The position numbers were made by a program, and so were the translations under genes. From Candidatus Sungbacteria bacterium RIFCSPLOWO2_01_FULL_47_32 (lineage in GTDB: Bacteria > Patescibacteriota > Minisyncoccia > Sungbacterales > GWA2-42-14): a DNA stretch of 58,282 nucleotides. Below, one piece after another: positions 1 to 10,269 of this stretch (positions are counted from its first letter, which is position 1; each line of letters starts with the position of its first letter). The DNA lies in the NCBI GenBank assembly GCA_001820685.1, contig MHQP01000039.1, forward strand, positions 1 through 58,282, in the 5' to 3' direction. The notes beneath the pieces were generated by a model. That model worked only from the letters and a program-made list of their open reading frames with translations, made no database searches and was not told the origin of the DNA.

Positions 1-300
1 CTTTTAGTAACGGAGGGACAAAATAGACCTTGATTTATTTGCGATTTTCAAAGGTGGTCGCACCTTGCGGGGGGAATCTTACCTCTCAAAAAGGGCGATA
101 ATACTCGCAAAACTTAATAAACCCTATACAGCAGGGCCTATTGGTTTTGTTGTGTCTTTTTCTCTTTTTAGACGGAAAATAGAGCAGCACTACCAAAAAA
201 GTCAAATTAATTTTCAACCGGGATTTTCTATTCAGGAGGCGCATATGTAACGCTAAACCACGCTGCTGTTTTTTTAGCGGCAAACTAACAAAGAAGTGGT

Positions 301-3300
301 ATGAAAAAATATTTTTCTCTCCATAAAAACCCGGTACTCGAACTCCCAAACCTTTCGGAGATCCAACTGAACTCATATCAGTGGTTCCTCGAGCGTGGCT
401 TGCGGGAGCTTTTCGATGAGGTCTCCCCGATTCGGGGATATTCGGGCAAAGAGCTCGCACTTGAACTTTCATTCGGCGAATACTACGCAGATCAGCCGAA
501 GTTTTCCGAAACTCATGCAAAAGAGCATAACCTTTCTTTTGAAGCGCCCCTTCGGGTCAAAGTACAGCTCACGAATAAAAAAACGAACGAAGTAAAGGAA
601 CAAGAAGTGTACTTGGGGGATTTTCCGCTGATGACGGAACGCGGAACATTCATTGTGAACGGGGTAGAACGTGTTATCGTTTCCCAGCTCATTCGTTCAT
701 CCGGCGTTTATTTTATTTCAAACACTACCCGCGGAAGGAAATATTTTGGAGCAAAGATAATCCCGAATCGCGGAGCGTGGTTCGAATTCGAAACCGACAT
801 GGACGGCTCTATCAACGTGAGGATAGACCGTAAAAGAAAAATTTCAGCGACAGCCCTTTTAAGGATATTCGGCCTTGAGAAAAATGAGGACATCACGGAT
901 GCGTTCAAGGACATTGATACCGGAGAAGTTTCATATATCAAAAAAACGCTCGATAAGGACCAGTCAAAAAGCAGGGACGAAGCATTCATTGAGATCTATA
1001 AGCGTATCCGTCCGGGAGAACTTGCGGCCGTTGATAATGCTCGTTCGCTTATCGAAGCAATGTTGAGCTTTGACCGCTATGACCTCGCAAGCTGGGGCCG
1101 GTTCAAATTCAACCAGCGGCTTGCCCTTCACAAGGACCCCAAAAAAGAAGAGAACCGCATTTTAAAGCTGGACGACATCACAGCCGTTTTGAGGGAGATA
1201 ATCAAGATGAATAACGTACAGGATGTCGCCTCGGATGACATTGACCACCTAGGAAACCGCCGTGTGCGCGGGGTAGGGGAACTTTTGCAAAATAAGCTTA
1301 GGGTCGGCATGGCGCGTCTGGTTAGGATCGCGAAAGACCGAATGTCAACGCTCGATATTTATACAATGACCCCGGCTCAACTTATTAATGCGAGGCCTTT
1401 TATCGCCTCGTTAAAGGAGTTTTTCACATCTTCCCAACTTTCGCAATTCATGGATCAGGTAAATCCGCTAGCGGAGCTTGAACACCGGAGAAGGCTTTCC
1501 GCAATGGGTCCAGGAGGGCTCACGAGAGAGCGGGCCGGATTCGAAGTGCGCGATGTGCATACCTCTCACTATGGAAGAATATGCCCTATTCAAACGCCGG
1601 AAGGACAGAACATCGGGCTTGTCGGCCACCTTGCGGGATACGCCAGGATAAACGACCTTGGCCTCATCGAGACGCCCTATAGAAAAGTGAAGAATGGGAA
1701 AATTACTCCGGAGATCGAGTATCTCGATGCATCCTCCGAAGTGCATTTCAATATCGCGCATGCTGGTCTTACATCAGACGATGCGGGAAATATCCTTGAA
1801 GAGTCAGCCGAAGCCCGCATTCGCGGAAATCCCGGGGTTATCGAGAGAGAAAAGATCGACTACGTTGATATTTCTCCGCAGCAGTTCATCAGTATTGCGA
1901 CCTCGCTTATTCCGTTTTTGGAACATGATGATGCGAACCGGGCAATGATGGGTTCGAACATGCAGAGGCAGGCGGTTCCGTGCGTTCGCGCGGAAGCTCC
2001 GCTTGTCGGAACGGGAGTTGAAACAAAAGCCGCGCATGATTCGGGACGCGTTATCATTGCTGAAGACGACGGCGCCATCACCGCGGTTGACGCGCGCGAA
2101 ATAACGCTCAAAACGAAAAAAGGAAAGGAGGTTGTATACCCACTGAACACATTTTTGAGAACAAACCAGTTTACGGCTATTACCCAGCGGCCGCTCGTGA
2201 AAAAGGGACAAAACGTTAAAAAGGGTGAAATCATCGCGGACGGCTCTTCAATAGACAAAGGGGAACTCGCGCTCGGGAAAAATCTTCTTGTTGCGTTCCT
2301 TTCGTGGAATGGGTCAAACTATGAAGACGCCATCATTCTTTCGGAGCGTCTCGTCAAGGATGACATTTTCACATCTATCCATATTGAAGACTATTCAATC
2401 GACGTTCGTGACACAAAACTCGGGCCGGAAGAAACATCTCCTGATATACCAAATGTTTCAGAAGAAAAACTGAAAAATCTCGACGAAGAGGGAGTTGTGC
2501 GCATCGGGGCGGAAGTCCGCTCGGGAGACATTCTCGTCGGTAAAATTTCACCGAAAGGAGAGTCCGATCTGACACCGGAAGAAAAGTTGCTCCGGGCCAT
2601 TTTCGGCGAAAAAGCGCGCGATGTGAAGGACACATCGTTAACGCTTCCTCACGGAAAACGCGGGCGCATCGTCGGGGTAAAGGTTTTTTCGCGCGATATG
2701 GGAGACAAGCTCGAATCAGGCGTTATCAAGCGCATTCAGGTTGAGGTCGCCCAGATGCGAAAGATCGCCGTTGGCGATAAGCTTGCGGGACGCCATGGGA
2801 ACAAAGGTGTTATTTCAAAAATTCTCCAATCGGAAGATATGCCACATCTTGTGGACGGGACCCCTGTTGACATTATTTTGAATCCTCTGGGCGTTGCTTC
2901 GCGCATGAACATCGGGCAAATTCTTGAAACGCATTTGGGGTGGGCAGCTAAAAAACTCGGGTATCATGTAGCGACCCCGTGTTATGCCGGAGTTACGGAA
3001 GAAGAGATCAAAGCGGAACTGAAGAAGGCCGGTCTTCCCAAAGACGGAAAAGTTGAACTCTACGACGGCCTTACGGGAGAAAAATTCCATCAGAAAGTTA
3101 CCGTCGGCATGGTCTATATCATGAAGCTGAACCACCTTGTTGAAGACAAGATACACATGCGTTCCATCGGTCCGTACTCGCTTATCACACAACAGCCCTT
3201 GGGAGGAAAAGCGCAGTTCGGAGGCCAGCGGTTTGGAGAAATGGAGGTGTGGGCGCTTGAAGGATACGGCTCCGCTCATACCCTGCAGGAAATGCTTACC

Positions 3301-3543
3301 ATAAAGTCCGATGATGTTCTGGGGCGTTCCTCAACATATGAATCAATTATTTCGGGAGAAAAGATAAAGAAGCCGAATCTTCCCGCGTCATTCCACGTAT
3401 TGGTGAACGAATTGAAAGGGCTTGCGTTGAATGTCCAGCTGAAAGGCGGTGTTGTCATTGAGGGAGCGGCCGAAGAAGAGGAAGAAAAGAAAGCTCTTGA
3501 GGCGCGCAAAGAATCGAGAGAACGGGTACGGTCGCGTCAATAA
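301..3543 (+). CDS. rpoB: DNA-directed RNA polymerase subunit beta
   Basis: 1080-aa ORF with hallmark RpoB blocks (GPGGLTRERAGFEVRDVH, NMQRQAVP, GRHGNKGV, FGEMEVWALE). It lies immediately upstream of rpoC. Confidence 0.97.
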   Translation: MKKYFSLHKNPVLELPNLSEIQLNSYQWFLERGLRELFDEVSPIRGYSGKELALELSFGEYYADQPKFSETHAKEHNLSFEAPLRVKVQLTNKKTNEVKEQEVYLGDFPLMTERGTFIVNGVERVIVSQLIRSSGVYFISNTTRGRKYFGAKIIPNRGAWFEFETDMDGSINVRIDRKRKISATALLRIFGLEKNEDITDAFKDIDTGEVSYIKKTLDKDQSKSRDEAFIEIYKRIRPGELAAVDNARSLIEAMLSFDRYDLASWGRFKFNQRLALHKDPKKEENRILKLDDITAVLREIIKMNNVQDVASDDIDHLGNRRVRGVGELLQNKLRVGMARLVRIAKDRMSTLDIYTMTPAQLINARPFIASLKEFFTSSQLSQFMDQVNPLAELEHRRRLSAMGPGGLTRERAGFEVRDVHTSHYGRICPIQTPEGQNIGLVGHLAGYARINDLGLIETPYRKVKNGKITPEIEYLDASSEVHFNIAHAGLTSDDAGNILEESAEARIRGNPGVIEREKIDYVDISPQQFISIATSLIPFLEHDDANRAMMGSNMQRQAVPCVRAEAPLVGTGVETKAAHDSGRVIIAEDDGAITAVDAREITLKTKKGKEVVYPLNTFLRTNQFTAITQRPLVKKGQNVKKGEIIADGSSIDKGELALGKNLLVAFLSWNGSNYEDAIILSERLVKDDIFTSIHIEDYSIDVRDTKLGPEETSPDIPNVSEEKLKNLDEEGVVRIGAEVRSGDILVGKISPKGESDLTPEEKLLRAIFGEKARDVKDTSLTLPHGKRGRIVGVKVFSRDMGDKLESGVIKRIQVEVAQMRKIAVGDKLAGRHGNKGVISKILQSEDMPHLVDGTPVDIILNPLGVASRMNIGQILETHLGWAAKKLGYHVATPCYAGVTEEEIKAELKKAGLPKDGKVELYDGLTGEKFHQKVTVGMVYIMKLNHLVEDKIHMRSIGPYSLITQQPLGGKAQFGGQRFGEMEVWALEGYGSAHTLQEMLTIKSDDVLGRSSTYESIISGEKIKKPNLPASFHVLVNELKGLALNVQLKGGVVIEGAAEEEEEKKALEARKESRERVRSRQ

Positions 3544-3577
3544 ATAGCCAGGGTAAATTTTCACGCAGCGTATTAAT

Positions 3578-6500
3578 ATGGACCAACAGCACATACAAGA
3601 TTTTGAATCAATTGTCTTAAAACTCGCTTCCCCCGACGAAATTTTGGGTTGGTCGCACGGAGAAGTTACGAAGCCGGAGACGATCAATTATCGCTCTCAA
3701 AAGCCAGAAAAAGACGGCCTTTTCGACGAGCGCATTTTTGGGCCGACGAAAGACTATGAATGCTACTGCGGAAAATACAGGCGCATCCGCTATAAAGGCA
3801 TCGTGTGCGATAAGTGCGGCGTGGAAGTAACGCGCGCGGTTGTACGGAGGGAACGGTTCGGCCATATCAAGCTTGCGTCTCCGGTTTCCCATATCTGGTT
3901 TTTGAGGGGGGTTCCGTCAAAGATCGGACTTGTTTTGAACATGTCCGTCGGAGACCTTGAGAACGTTATTTATTTCCGCGGATATGTCGTAACGAAGGTT
4001 GATGAAGAAAAGCGCAAGGAAGTGACGGAACAAATTGAACGCGAATTCAAAACGAAATCAAAAAAAGAAGCGACGAAACAAGAAGCCTCGAATTTGAAAA
4101 GCGCTAAAGAAAAGGCGAAAGACGAAGTGCGCGGACTGCGTCCGTTGCAGGTTATCTCCGAGCTTGAATACCATCGGCTTTCACTCAAATACGGCGAGAT
4201 GTTTGAGGCGGATATAGGTGCCGAAGCATTGAGAAAGATTCTTTCGACGGTGGATCTCGGTAAAATATCACGCCAGATAGAAGAAGATCTCGTGGGTGCC
4301 GAGGGGCTTCAGAAGAAAAAACTTTTCAAACGGCTTAAGGTTGTCAAGGCAATGCTGAAATCCGGCATCAAGTCGGAATGGATGTTCCTTACCGTGATTC
4401 CGGTCATTCCGCCCGATCTTCGCCCAATGGTTCCTCTGGACGGAGGCCGCTACGCTACGGCAGACTTAAATGATCTGTATCGGCGCGTAATCAACAGGAA
4501 CAATCGCTTAAAGCGGCTTTTCGAGCTGAAAGCGCCCGAAGTCATCACGCGAAATGAAAAACGCATGCTCCAGGAAGCGGTTGACGCTTTGATAGACAAT
4601 ACCGCCAGGCGCGGACAAGCACCCGTTGCGTCACAGGCCCAGAGGAGACCCCTGAAATCCCTTGCCGATATGCTAAAAGGAAAACAAGGAAGATTCCGCC
4701 AGAACCTTCTTGGGAAGCGCGTCGATTATTCGGGGCGCTCGGTTATTGTTGTCGGTCCCGATCTGAAGCTGACCCAGTGCGGTCTTCCGAAAGAAATGGC
4801 GTTGGAGCTTTTCAAACCGTTTGTCATACAAAAACTTATTGAACGGGATCTTGCCCACAATATGAAAGGGGCAGGACGTCTCATTGAAGAACGCCCGCCG
4901 GAAGTATGGGCTATTCTTGAAGAGGTTATCGAAGGAAAACATGTTCTTTTGAACCGCGCTCCGACCTTGCACCGTCTTGGCATTCAGGCCTTCCAACCTG
5001 TGCTTATTGAAGGATATGCCATTCAGATCCATCCAATGGTTTGCCCCGCGTTCAATGCAGACTTTGACGGCGACCAAATGGCCGTCCATTTGCCCTTGAC
5101 CGAAGAAGCTCAGACAGAGGCGCACGAGATCATGGCCTCAAACAAGAATCTTTTGAAGCCGGCAACAGGTTCCCCGATCGTACGTCCGACCCAGGACATT
5201 GTTTTGGGCTGTTTTTGGGCAACAAGTAATGACGAAAAGGCGGAGGGCAAGGGAACTTATTTCCCCACTCCTGAAGATGCTGTTCTTGCGTACGAGTTCG
5301 GCGCGGTTGATATTCGAGCGAATATCAATGTTCGCATGAAACACGAACACAAGACGGAAGAAAAAGAAAAAAAGGCTAAAAAGGGAGAAACCCAAAAATC
5401 CCAAAACACAATGATTGAAACAACCGTCGGCCGCGTTCTCTTCAACCGCGCGCTTCCGGAAGATTATCCCTATGTGAACAAGGCCATGCAGTCGAAAGAT
5501 CTCGAAGAAATGGTTGACGATATAATCAAGCGGTATGGCGTAGAGCGGACACCGGAAATTTTAGACAAGATAAAAAAATTCGGTTTTGCGTATGCAACGA
5601 AGTCAGGTATTTCGTGGGGAATGGATGACCTCAAAATACCGGGCGAGAAGCCGGAACTTATCAAAAAGGCTTATGTCAAAGTTGCTGAGATATACGACCA
5701 GTACCAGCGCGGTCTTCTTACCGACAAAGAGCGCTATGACCGTGTTATTGAGATATGGAACGACGTTGTAAACAAGGTCCGCGCCCTTGTCCCCGAGGCG
5801 CTTTCAAAGGAGGGCTCGGTGTTCACCATCATAAATTCCAAAGCCAGAGGTTCCTGGCTCCAGACCGCCCAGATGTCCGGCATGAAGGGGCTTGTGGTCA
5901 ATCCCGCGGGGCGCATCATTGAGCTTCCTATCGTTTCTTCGTATAAGGAGGGATTCAACGTGCTTGAATATTTCATCTCAACACATGGGGCCCGGAAAGG
6001 GACCGCCGACACTGCTTTGAAGACGGCCGTAGCAGGGTATTTGACGCGGCGTCTCGTTGACGTATCGCAGGATGTGGTCGTAATTGAAGAAGACTGCGGG
6101 GTGAAACTCGGGCTTACGCTTGGGCGCAGAGATTCGGAAGATCTTGGGCGGAACCTTTCTTCGCGCATTTTCTCGCGAACTCTCCTTGAGGAGGCGACCG
6201 ATAAAGAAGGAAATGTTATTGCCGCAGGAACATATCTTACAAAGCAGCTTGCGGAAGCGATAGATAAGTCCGGGGCGGAATTCGTCAAGGTTCGCTCTCC
6301 TTTGCAGTGCAAATCTCTCGGTGGCATATGCCAAAAGTGCTACGGATTCGACCTTGGAAGGCTGGAGCCGGTAAAAATAGGGGAAGCGGTCGGCATTGTT
6401 GCGGCTCAATCCATCGGAGAGCCGGGAACCCAGCTTACTATGAGGACGTTCCACACTGGAGGCGTTGCCGGGGGAGGCGATATCACGACGGGCCTTCCGC

Positions 6501-7255
6501 GCGTTGAAGAAATTTTTGAAGTACGGACGCCAAAAGGACGCGCCACCATTTCCGATGTCGACGGTGTTGTCATGGAAGTTGCTGACGCAGGCAGGGAAAA
6601 AATAATCAAAGTGAAAGCTGAAGAAAACCTTGATGCGGTTGAAGATGAAGACGCGCCGAAAAAGCGCGGCAAAAAAGGCAAGAAAGCGGCGTTTGTAGAA
6701 GAGAAAGAATTCCGCATTCTGGCGGGAGTCGGGATTTTGACCGAAGTGGGAAAGCGTGTAAAAACCGGCGATATTCTTTCAGAGGGGCACGCAGACCTAA
6801 AAGAGCTTTTCAAGCTCGCGGGAAAGGAGTTTACCGAGCGCTACATTATAAACGAGGTTCAGAAGATCTACTCGCTCCAAGGAGCGCCCGTGCATGACAA
6901 GCACATCGAAATCATTGTCCGGCAGATGTTCTCGCGCGTCCGCGTAAAGGGAGCGGGGGACACGTCATTTACTTCAGGAGAGGTCATTGAGAAGATGCGT
7001 TTTCGGGAAGAGAACCGCCAATCAGAGCGCTCCGGAAAAGAACCGGCAACTGCCGCTCAAATTCTTCTTGGCATTACGAAAGTAGCGCTTACGACCGATA
7101 GCTTCCTTTCGTCCGCGTCATTCCAGGAGACCGCGCGTGTTCTTATCAATGCCGCAATTGAGGGCAAGGAAGACAATCTCCGCGGCCTCAAGGAAAATGT
7201 TATCATCGGACGCATCATCCCCGCGGGGACTGGATATAGGAAAAGACGCGCTTAA
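3578..7255 (+). CDS. rpoC: DNA-directed RNA polymerase subunit beta'
   Basis: 1225-aa ORF with an N-terminal Zn motif (CYCGKYRRIRYKGIVCDKCGVEV), the catalytic NADFDGDQM motif and trigger-loop region. Followed by a terminator. Confidence 0.97.
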   Translation: MDQQHIQDFESIVLKLASPDEILGWSHGEVTKPETINYRSQKPEKDGLFDERIFGPTKDYECYCGKYRRIRYKGIVCDKCGVEVTRAVVRRERFGHIKLASPVSHIWFLRGVPSKIGLVLNMSVGDLENVIYFRGYVVTKVDEEKRKEVTEQIEREFKTKSKKEATKQEASNLKSAKEKAKDEVRGLRPLQVISELEYHRLSLKYGEMFEADIGAEALRKILSTVDLGKISRQIEEDLVGAEGLQKKKLFKRLKVVKAMLKSGIKSEWMFLTVIPVIPPDLRPMVPLDGGRYATADLNDLYRRVINRNNRLKRLFELKAPEVITRNEKRMLQEAVDALIDNTARRGQAPVASQAQRRPLKSLADMLKGKQGRFRQNLLGKRVDYSGRSVIVVGPDLKLTQCGLPKEMALELFKPFVIQKLIERDLAHNMKGAGRLIEERPPEVWAILEEVIEGKHVLLNRAPTLHRLGIQAFQPVLIEGYAIQIHPMVCPAFNADFDGDQMAVHLPLTEEAQTEAHEIMASNKNLLKPATGSPIVRPTQDIVLGCFWATSNDEKAEGKGTYFPTPEDAVLAYEFGAVDIRANINVRMKHEHKTEEKEKKAKKGETQKSQNTMIETTVGRVLFNRALPEDYPYVNKAMQSKDLEEMVDDIIKRYGVERTPEILDKIKKFGFAYATKSGISWGMDDLKIPGEKPELIKKAYVKVAEIYDQYQRGLLTDKERYDRVIEIWNDVVNKVRALVPEALSKEGSVFTIINSKARGSWLQTAQMSGMKGLVVNPAGRIIELPIVSSYKEGFNVLEYFISTHGARKGTADTALKTAVAGYLTRRLVDVSQDVVVIEEDCGVKLGLTLGRRDSEDLGRNLSSRIFSRTLLEEATDKEGNVIAAGTYLTKQLAEAIDKSGAEFVKVRSPLQCKSLGGICQKCYGFDLGRLEPVKIGEAVGIVAAQSIGEPGTQLTMRTFHTGGVAGGGDITTGLPRVEEIFEVRTPKGRATISDVDGVVMEVADAGREKIIKVKAEENLDAVEDEDAPKKRGKKGKKAAFVEEKEFRILAGVGILTEVGKRVKTGDILSEGHADLKELFKLAGKEFTERYIINEVQKIYSLQGAPVHDKHIEIIVRQMFSRVRVKGAGDTSFTSGEVIEKMRFREENRQSERSGKEPATAAQILLGITKVALTTDSFLSSASFQETARVLINAAIEGKEDNLRGLKENVIIGRIIPAGTGYRKRRA

Positions 7256-7284
7256 ATTTCAGAATATGTATAGTGATATATGGG

Positions 7285-7317
7285 CCGTCCCGCTTTTAGC
7301 GGGGCGGTTTCGTTTTA
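7285..7317 (+). terminator. Rho-independent terminator after rpoC
   Basis: Stem CCGTCCCGC/GCGGGGCGG (one G-U pair), loop TTTTA, then a T-rich tract TTTCGTTTT. Confidence 0.7.
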
Positions 7318-7327
7318 TGCGAGCCTC

Positions 7328-7356
7328 TTGACAATATTTAATACTTACTTTATAAA
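7328..7356 (+). promoter_or_regulatory. Sigma-70-type promoter for the ABC exporter gene
   Basis: TTGACA (7328-7333), a 17-nt spacer, then TATAAA (7351-7356), about 40 nt upstream of the ORF start. Confidence 0.5.
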
Positions 7357-7397
7357 TGTATAGTTGCTCATTTCCAATCAAATAAAAGAGAAGCCCT

Positions 7398-9170
7398 GTG
7401 GGGCAAATGAACTCGGAAAGTCCCATTACGCGGGTCATAAAAATGCTCGATTCCCGGAGAAAAGAGGTTATCATGCTCTTTCTCTTCGCAATTGCTTCTG
7501 CGTCACTTGATATCGCTGTTCCGCTTATCAGCCAGCATCTCATTGACACCCTTATCAGTTTTCTTCGTGGAAAGGCAGAACAACCTTTCGGCCTGCTTTT
7601 TCTTTCTGCTGCCGCCATCATACTTGCGACCATTGTTGCGCGCGTTCTCCGTTCTATGTACGACTACCGTCTTTTCACGATGGTTACGACTCTCGAAGAC
7701 AGGATACGCACGGAAATATTCGAAAAATACCTGACACTGCATGCGCTGTTTCATAATTCATCTTCAAGCGGACAGATTATCGGGCGCATTGAGCGTGGAG
7801 CTTCGGCGGTATACGCAATATTGAACGACATCATCGGACATAACTTTCTTCCTCCCCTCATCATGTTCGGCATAGTATTCGTCACAATAGCGGTAAAAAA
7901 TATCTGGATAGCGCTTGTCGTGTTTGCGCCGCTTGTCATCTACATCTTCGCGGCGCGTCCCTTGTCAGAAAAAATATACCAAATAGAACGCAATGCCAAC
8001 GACCGCTTTGAGTTTGTTTCAAAGCACGCGTATGATGTTGCCGGAAACGTTCTTACGGTAAAAAAATTCTCTCAGGAGTTAGCCGAAACGAATTTTCAGC
8101 GGAACCTCCTCAAAGAAGCGCGGGAGGTACAGTATGGCGCGGAACGGCTCTGGATGGTGCTTGAAAATATTCAGACCGGCATCTCTGTTGCCGGGAGGCT
8201 TGGCGTCATACTCATTGCCGGGTTTCAGGTCATCAATGGGCAGACAACTATCGGAGAGCTTGTGCTGTACCTTTCACTCCAGCAAATGGCGTATTCTCCC
8301 ATGGCTCAGCTTTCCGTTATTTTTCCGCGCCTTCGCAGGAACACCGCGAAAGTCGAGCGAATGTTCGGAATTCTGGATGAAGAAAATAAGGTTTTTGACC
8401 GTGATGATGCGCGCGTCCTTCCTTTGCACTCCAAAGAAGTTGAGTTCAAAGACGTATGGTTTGAATACCGCCGCAAGAGCTGGGCGTTAAAGAATATCTC
8501 CGTAAAAGTTCCTGCGGGCAGTGTTGTAGCGCTCGTCGGGCGTTCTGGCTCCGGCAAGACGACATTCATCAATCTTCTTATGCGGTCATTTGATCCTCAA
8601 AAAGGAAAAATATTTATCGACGGGCACGACCTTCGGGACGTAACGCGGGAATCTATTTTAAACCAGACAGCCGTCGTTCCGCAGGAAGTAGATCTTTTCT
8701 CGAGGACGATTCTCGAAAACATCGCGTATGGGAATAGAGGCGCAAAAGAAGAAGAAGATGTCATGGACGCCGCAAAGTCAGCACTTGCCCACAACTTCAT
8801 CGTCAGAACCGAGTATGGATACGATACGCTCGTCGGAGAGCGCGGAATACGCCTTTCTGGAGGGGAGCGGCAAAGAATCGGCATTGCCCGCGCGGTGTAC
8901 CGCGACCCGCGCATTCTGATACTCGACGAGGCGACAAGCCATCTCGATACGGAGTCGGAACGCCTTATTTCAGCGGCGACCGAGTCGCTCATGAAAAACC
9001 GCACGACTTTTATTATCGCGCACCGTCTTTCGACCATTCTGAAAGCGGATACCATCCTTGTCTTTGAGAACGGCAGAATAGAAGCGATGGGGCCGCACAG
9101 AGAACTGCTCGGCTCAAGCCCGACATACAGGAAGCTCTATGAGCTTCAGTTCAAAGAGGCACGGACATAA
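7398..9170 (+). CDS. ABC transporter, fused permease/ATP-binding exporter (MsbA/type-1 exporter-like)
   Basis: N-terminal half has multiple TM segments. C-terminal NBD has Walker A GRSGSGKTT, signature LSGGERQRIGIARA and Walker B ILILDEATS. A GTG at 7398 or the ATG at 7407 could be the start. Confidence 0.9.
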   Translation: MGQMNSESPITRVIKMLDSRRKEVIMLFLFAIASASLDIAVPLISQHLIDTLISFLRGKAEQPFGLLFLSAAAIILATIVARVLRSMYDYRLFTMVTTLEDRIRTEIFEKYLTLHALFHNSSSSGQIIGRIERGASAVYAILNDIIGHNFLPPLIMFGIVFVTIAVKNIWIALVVFAPLVIYIFAARPLSEKIYQIERNANDRFEFVSKHAYDVAGNVLTVKKFSQELAETNFQRNLLKEAREVQYGAERLWMVLENIQTGISVAGRLGVILIAGFQVINGQTTIGELVLYLSLQQMAYSPMAQLSVIFPRLRRNTAKVERMFGILDEENKVFDRDDARVLPLHSKEVEFKDVWFEYRRKSWALKNISVKVPAGSVVALVGRSGSGKTTFINLLMRSFDPQKGKIFIDGHDLRDVTRESILNQTAVVPQEVDLFSRTILENIAYGNRGAKEEEDVMDAAKSALAHNFIVRTEYGYDTLVGERGIRLSGGERQRIGIARAVYRDPRILILDEATSHLDTESERLISAATESLMKNRTTFIIAHRLSTILKADTILVFENGRIEAMGPHRELLGSSPTYRKLYELQFKEART

Positions 9171-9182
9171 GTCCGTGTTTTT
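9160..9182 (+). terminator. Rho-independent terminator overlapping the ABC gene stop codon
   Basis: Stem CACGGAC/GTCCGTG, with a loop ATAA that contains the stop codon, followed by TTTTT. Confidence 0.7.
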
Positions 9183-9283
9183 GTTTATTTGTCTATCTAT
9201 CAACAAACGCGAAAAGCCGCGGACGGTTGCCCAGAGTCATGTTTTCTCTGTACCACAGCGTTTCCAAACTGATGCCGAAGCGC

Positions 9284-9308
9284 ATAAAAAAAACGGCATA
9301 TGCCGTTT
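9284..9308 (-). terminator. Terminator for the minus-strand zinc-ribbon gene (palindromic, possibly bidirectional)
   Basis: Palindrome AAACGGCATATGCCGTTT, preceded by an A-run on the plus strand. That A-run is a T-run after the hairpin on the minus strand. Confidence 0.6.
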
Positions 9309-9319
9309 ACTATTTTTTG

Positions 9320-9694
9320 TTAGAGTTGAATATCCGGGTTATTGAAAATAATAGTAAATTTCTTTTTGTTGCCGGTATAGCGAAAAAAAGCAAGCCCAGC
9401 CGACCACGCGAGTATTGCTCCCCACCACACGAGGGTCATAACAGGGCTATTCATAATAGGCATGAAGGTAGCCGGGTATACTATCATCAAAACTATGGCA
9501 ATTATCGTAAGACCCATGAAGCCGGCTAAAGACCACAGGATCGGGAGCAGAACCCGATCCGTTGCTTTAGTTGATGCGTCAACGAGAGCCGGAATATCAT
9601 ACGGATACCGCGCTCCGCAAAGCTCGCAGTAACGGGTCCCTTTGGATATGCATGAAAACTTTCCGCATTCTTCATTTTTACAACGAACCCGCAT
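9320..9694 (-). CDS. Hypothetical membrane protein with an N-terminal zinc-ribbon (CxxC...CxxC)
   Basis: The start is taken at the internal Met (MRVRCKNEEC...), because the longer ORF would overlap the upstream gene. It has CKNEECGKFSC...YCELCG cysteine pairs followed by 3-4 hydrophobic helices. Confidence 0.5.
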   Translation of the reverse strand: MRVRCKNEECGKFSCISKGTRYCELCGARYPYDIPALVDASTKATDRVLLPILWSLAGFMGLTIIAIVLMIVYPATFMPIMNSPVMTLVWWGAILAWSAGLAFFRYTGNKKKFTIIFNNPDIQL

Positions 9695-9800
9695 GACGGC
9701 CTCGGTTGGTAGAAAACAACCACCCCACAAGTGTAGTATACATAAAACCTTTGTCAAGACTTTAATACAAAAAAAGCCGACCGTTGAGTGGTCCGGCTGA

Positions 9801-10145
9801 CTACGCGAGTCCTTTGTGGCCGAACACGCGCGGCCGTCCAAGTTCCTGCTCGCGGCGCTGTTTGACCGCGTCAGGCGAATAATATTCTTTAATGTTGACC
9901 GGTTCTAGTCCGTTGATAAAAAATCTGAGCATGCCGTCTTCCGTCATAAGAGCAAGCGGCATGTGCGCGAAATCGGCGGATGTGTCAGAGGGGGGCACCG
10001 TAAAGTAATACGCATTCTCGTGAGGCATTACGCGCTTAAAGTTGAGCGGATAGGCGGCAAGACCGATCTCTTCAAGCCGCTTCTTTATGAATTCCAACGT
10101 TCTATCGAGCAGAATATCCTCGGCAAACTTGCCTATGCGTGGCAT
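9801..10145 (-). CDS. Hypothetical protein (114 aa)
   Basis: Clean ORF in the same direction as the zinc-ribbon gene, divergent from ftsK. No recognisable motif. Confidence 0.45.
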   Translation of the reverse strand: MPRIGKFAEDILLDRTLEFIKKRLEEIGLAAYPLNFKRVMPHENAYYFTVPPSDTSADFAHMPLALMTEDGMLRFFINGLEPVNIKEYYSPDAVKQRREQELGRPRVFGHKGLA

Positions 10146-10269
10146 GGTTTTGAGCCTCAGCGTTGGAAGTGGAAAGAACCGACGTGTAATACTATATCAC
10201 AAAAACAATAATAGCACAAGGGCCAAAAGACAGCCGTTAACACTACTTTTTTTTTGAAAAACAGCTATA

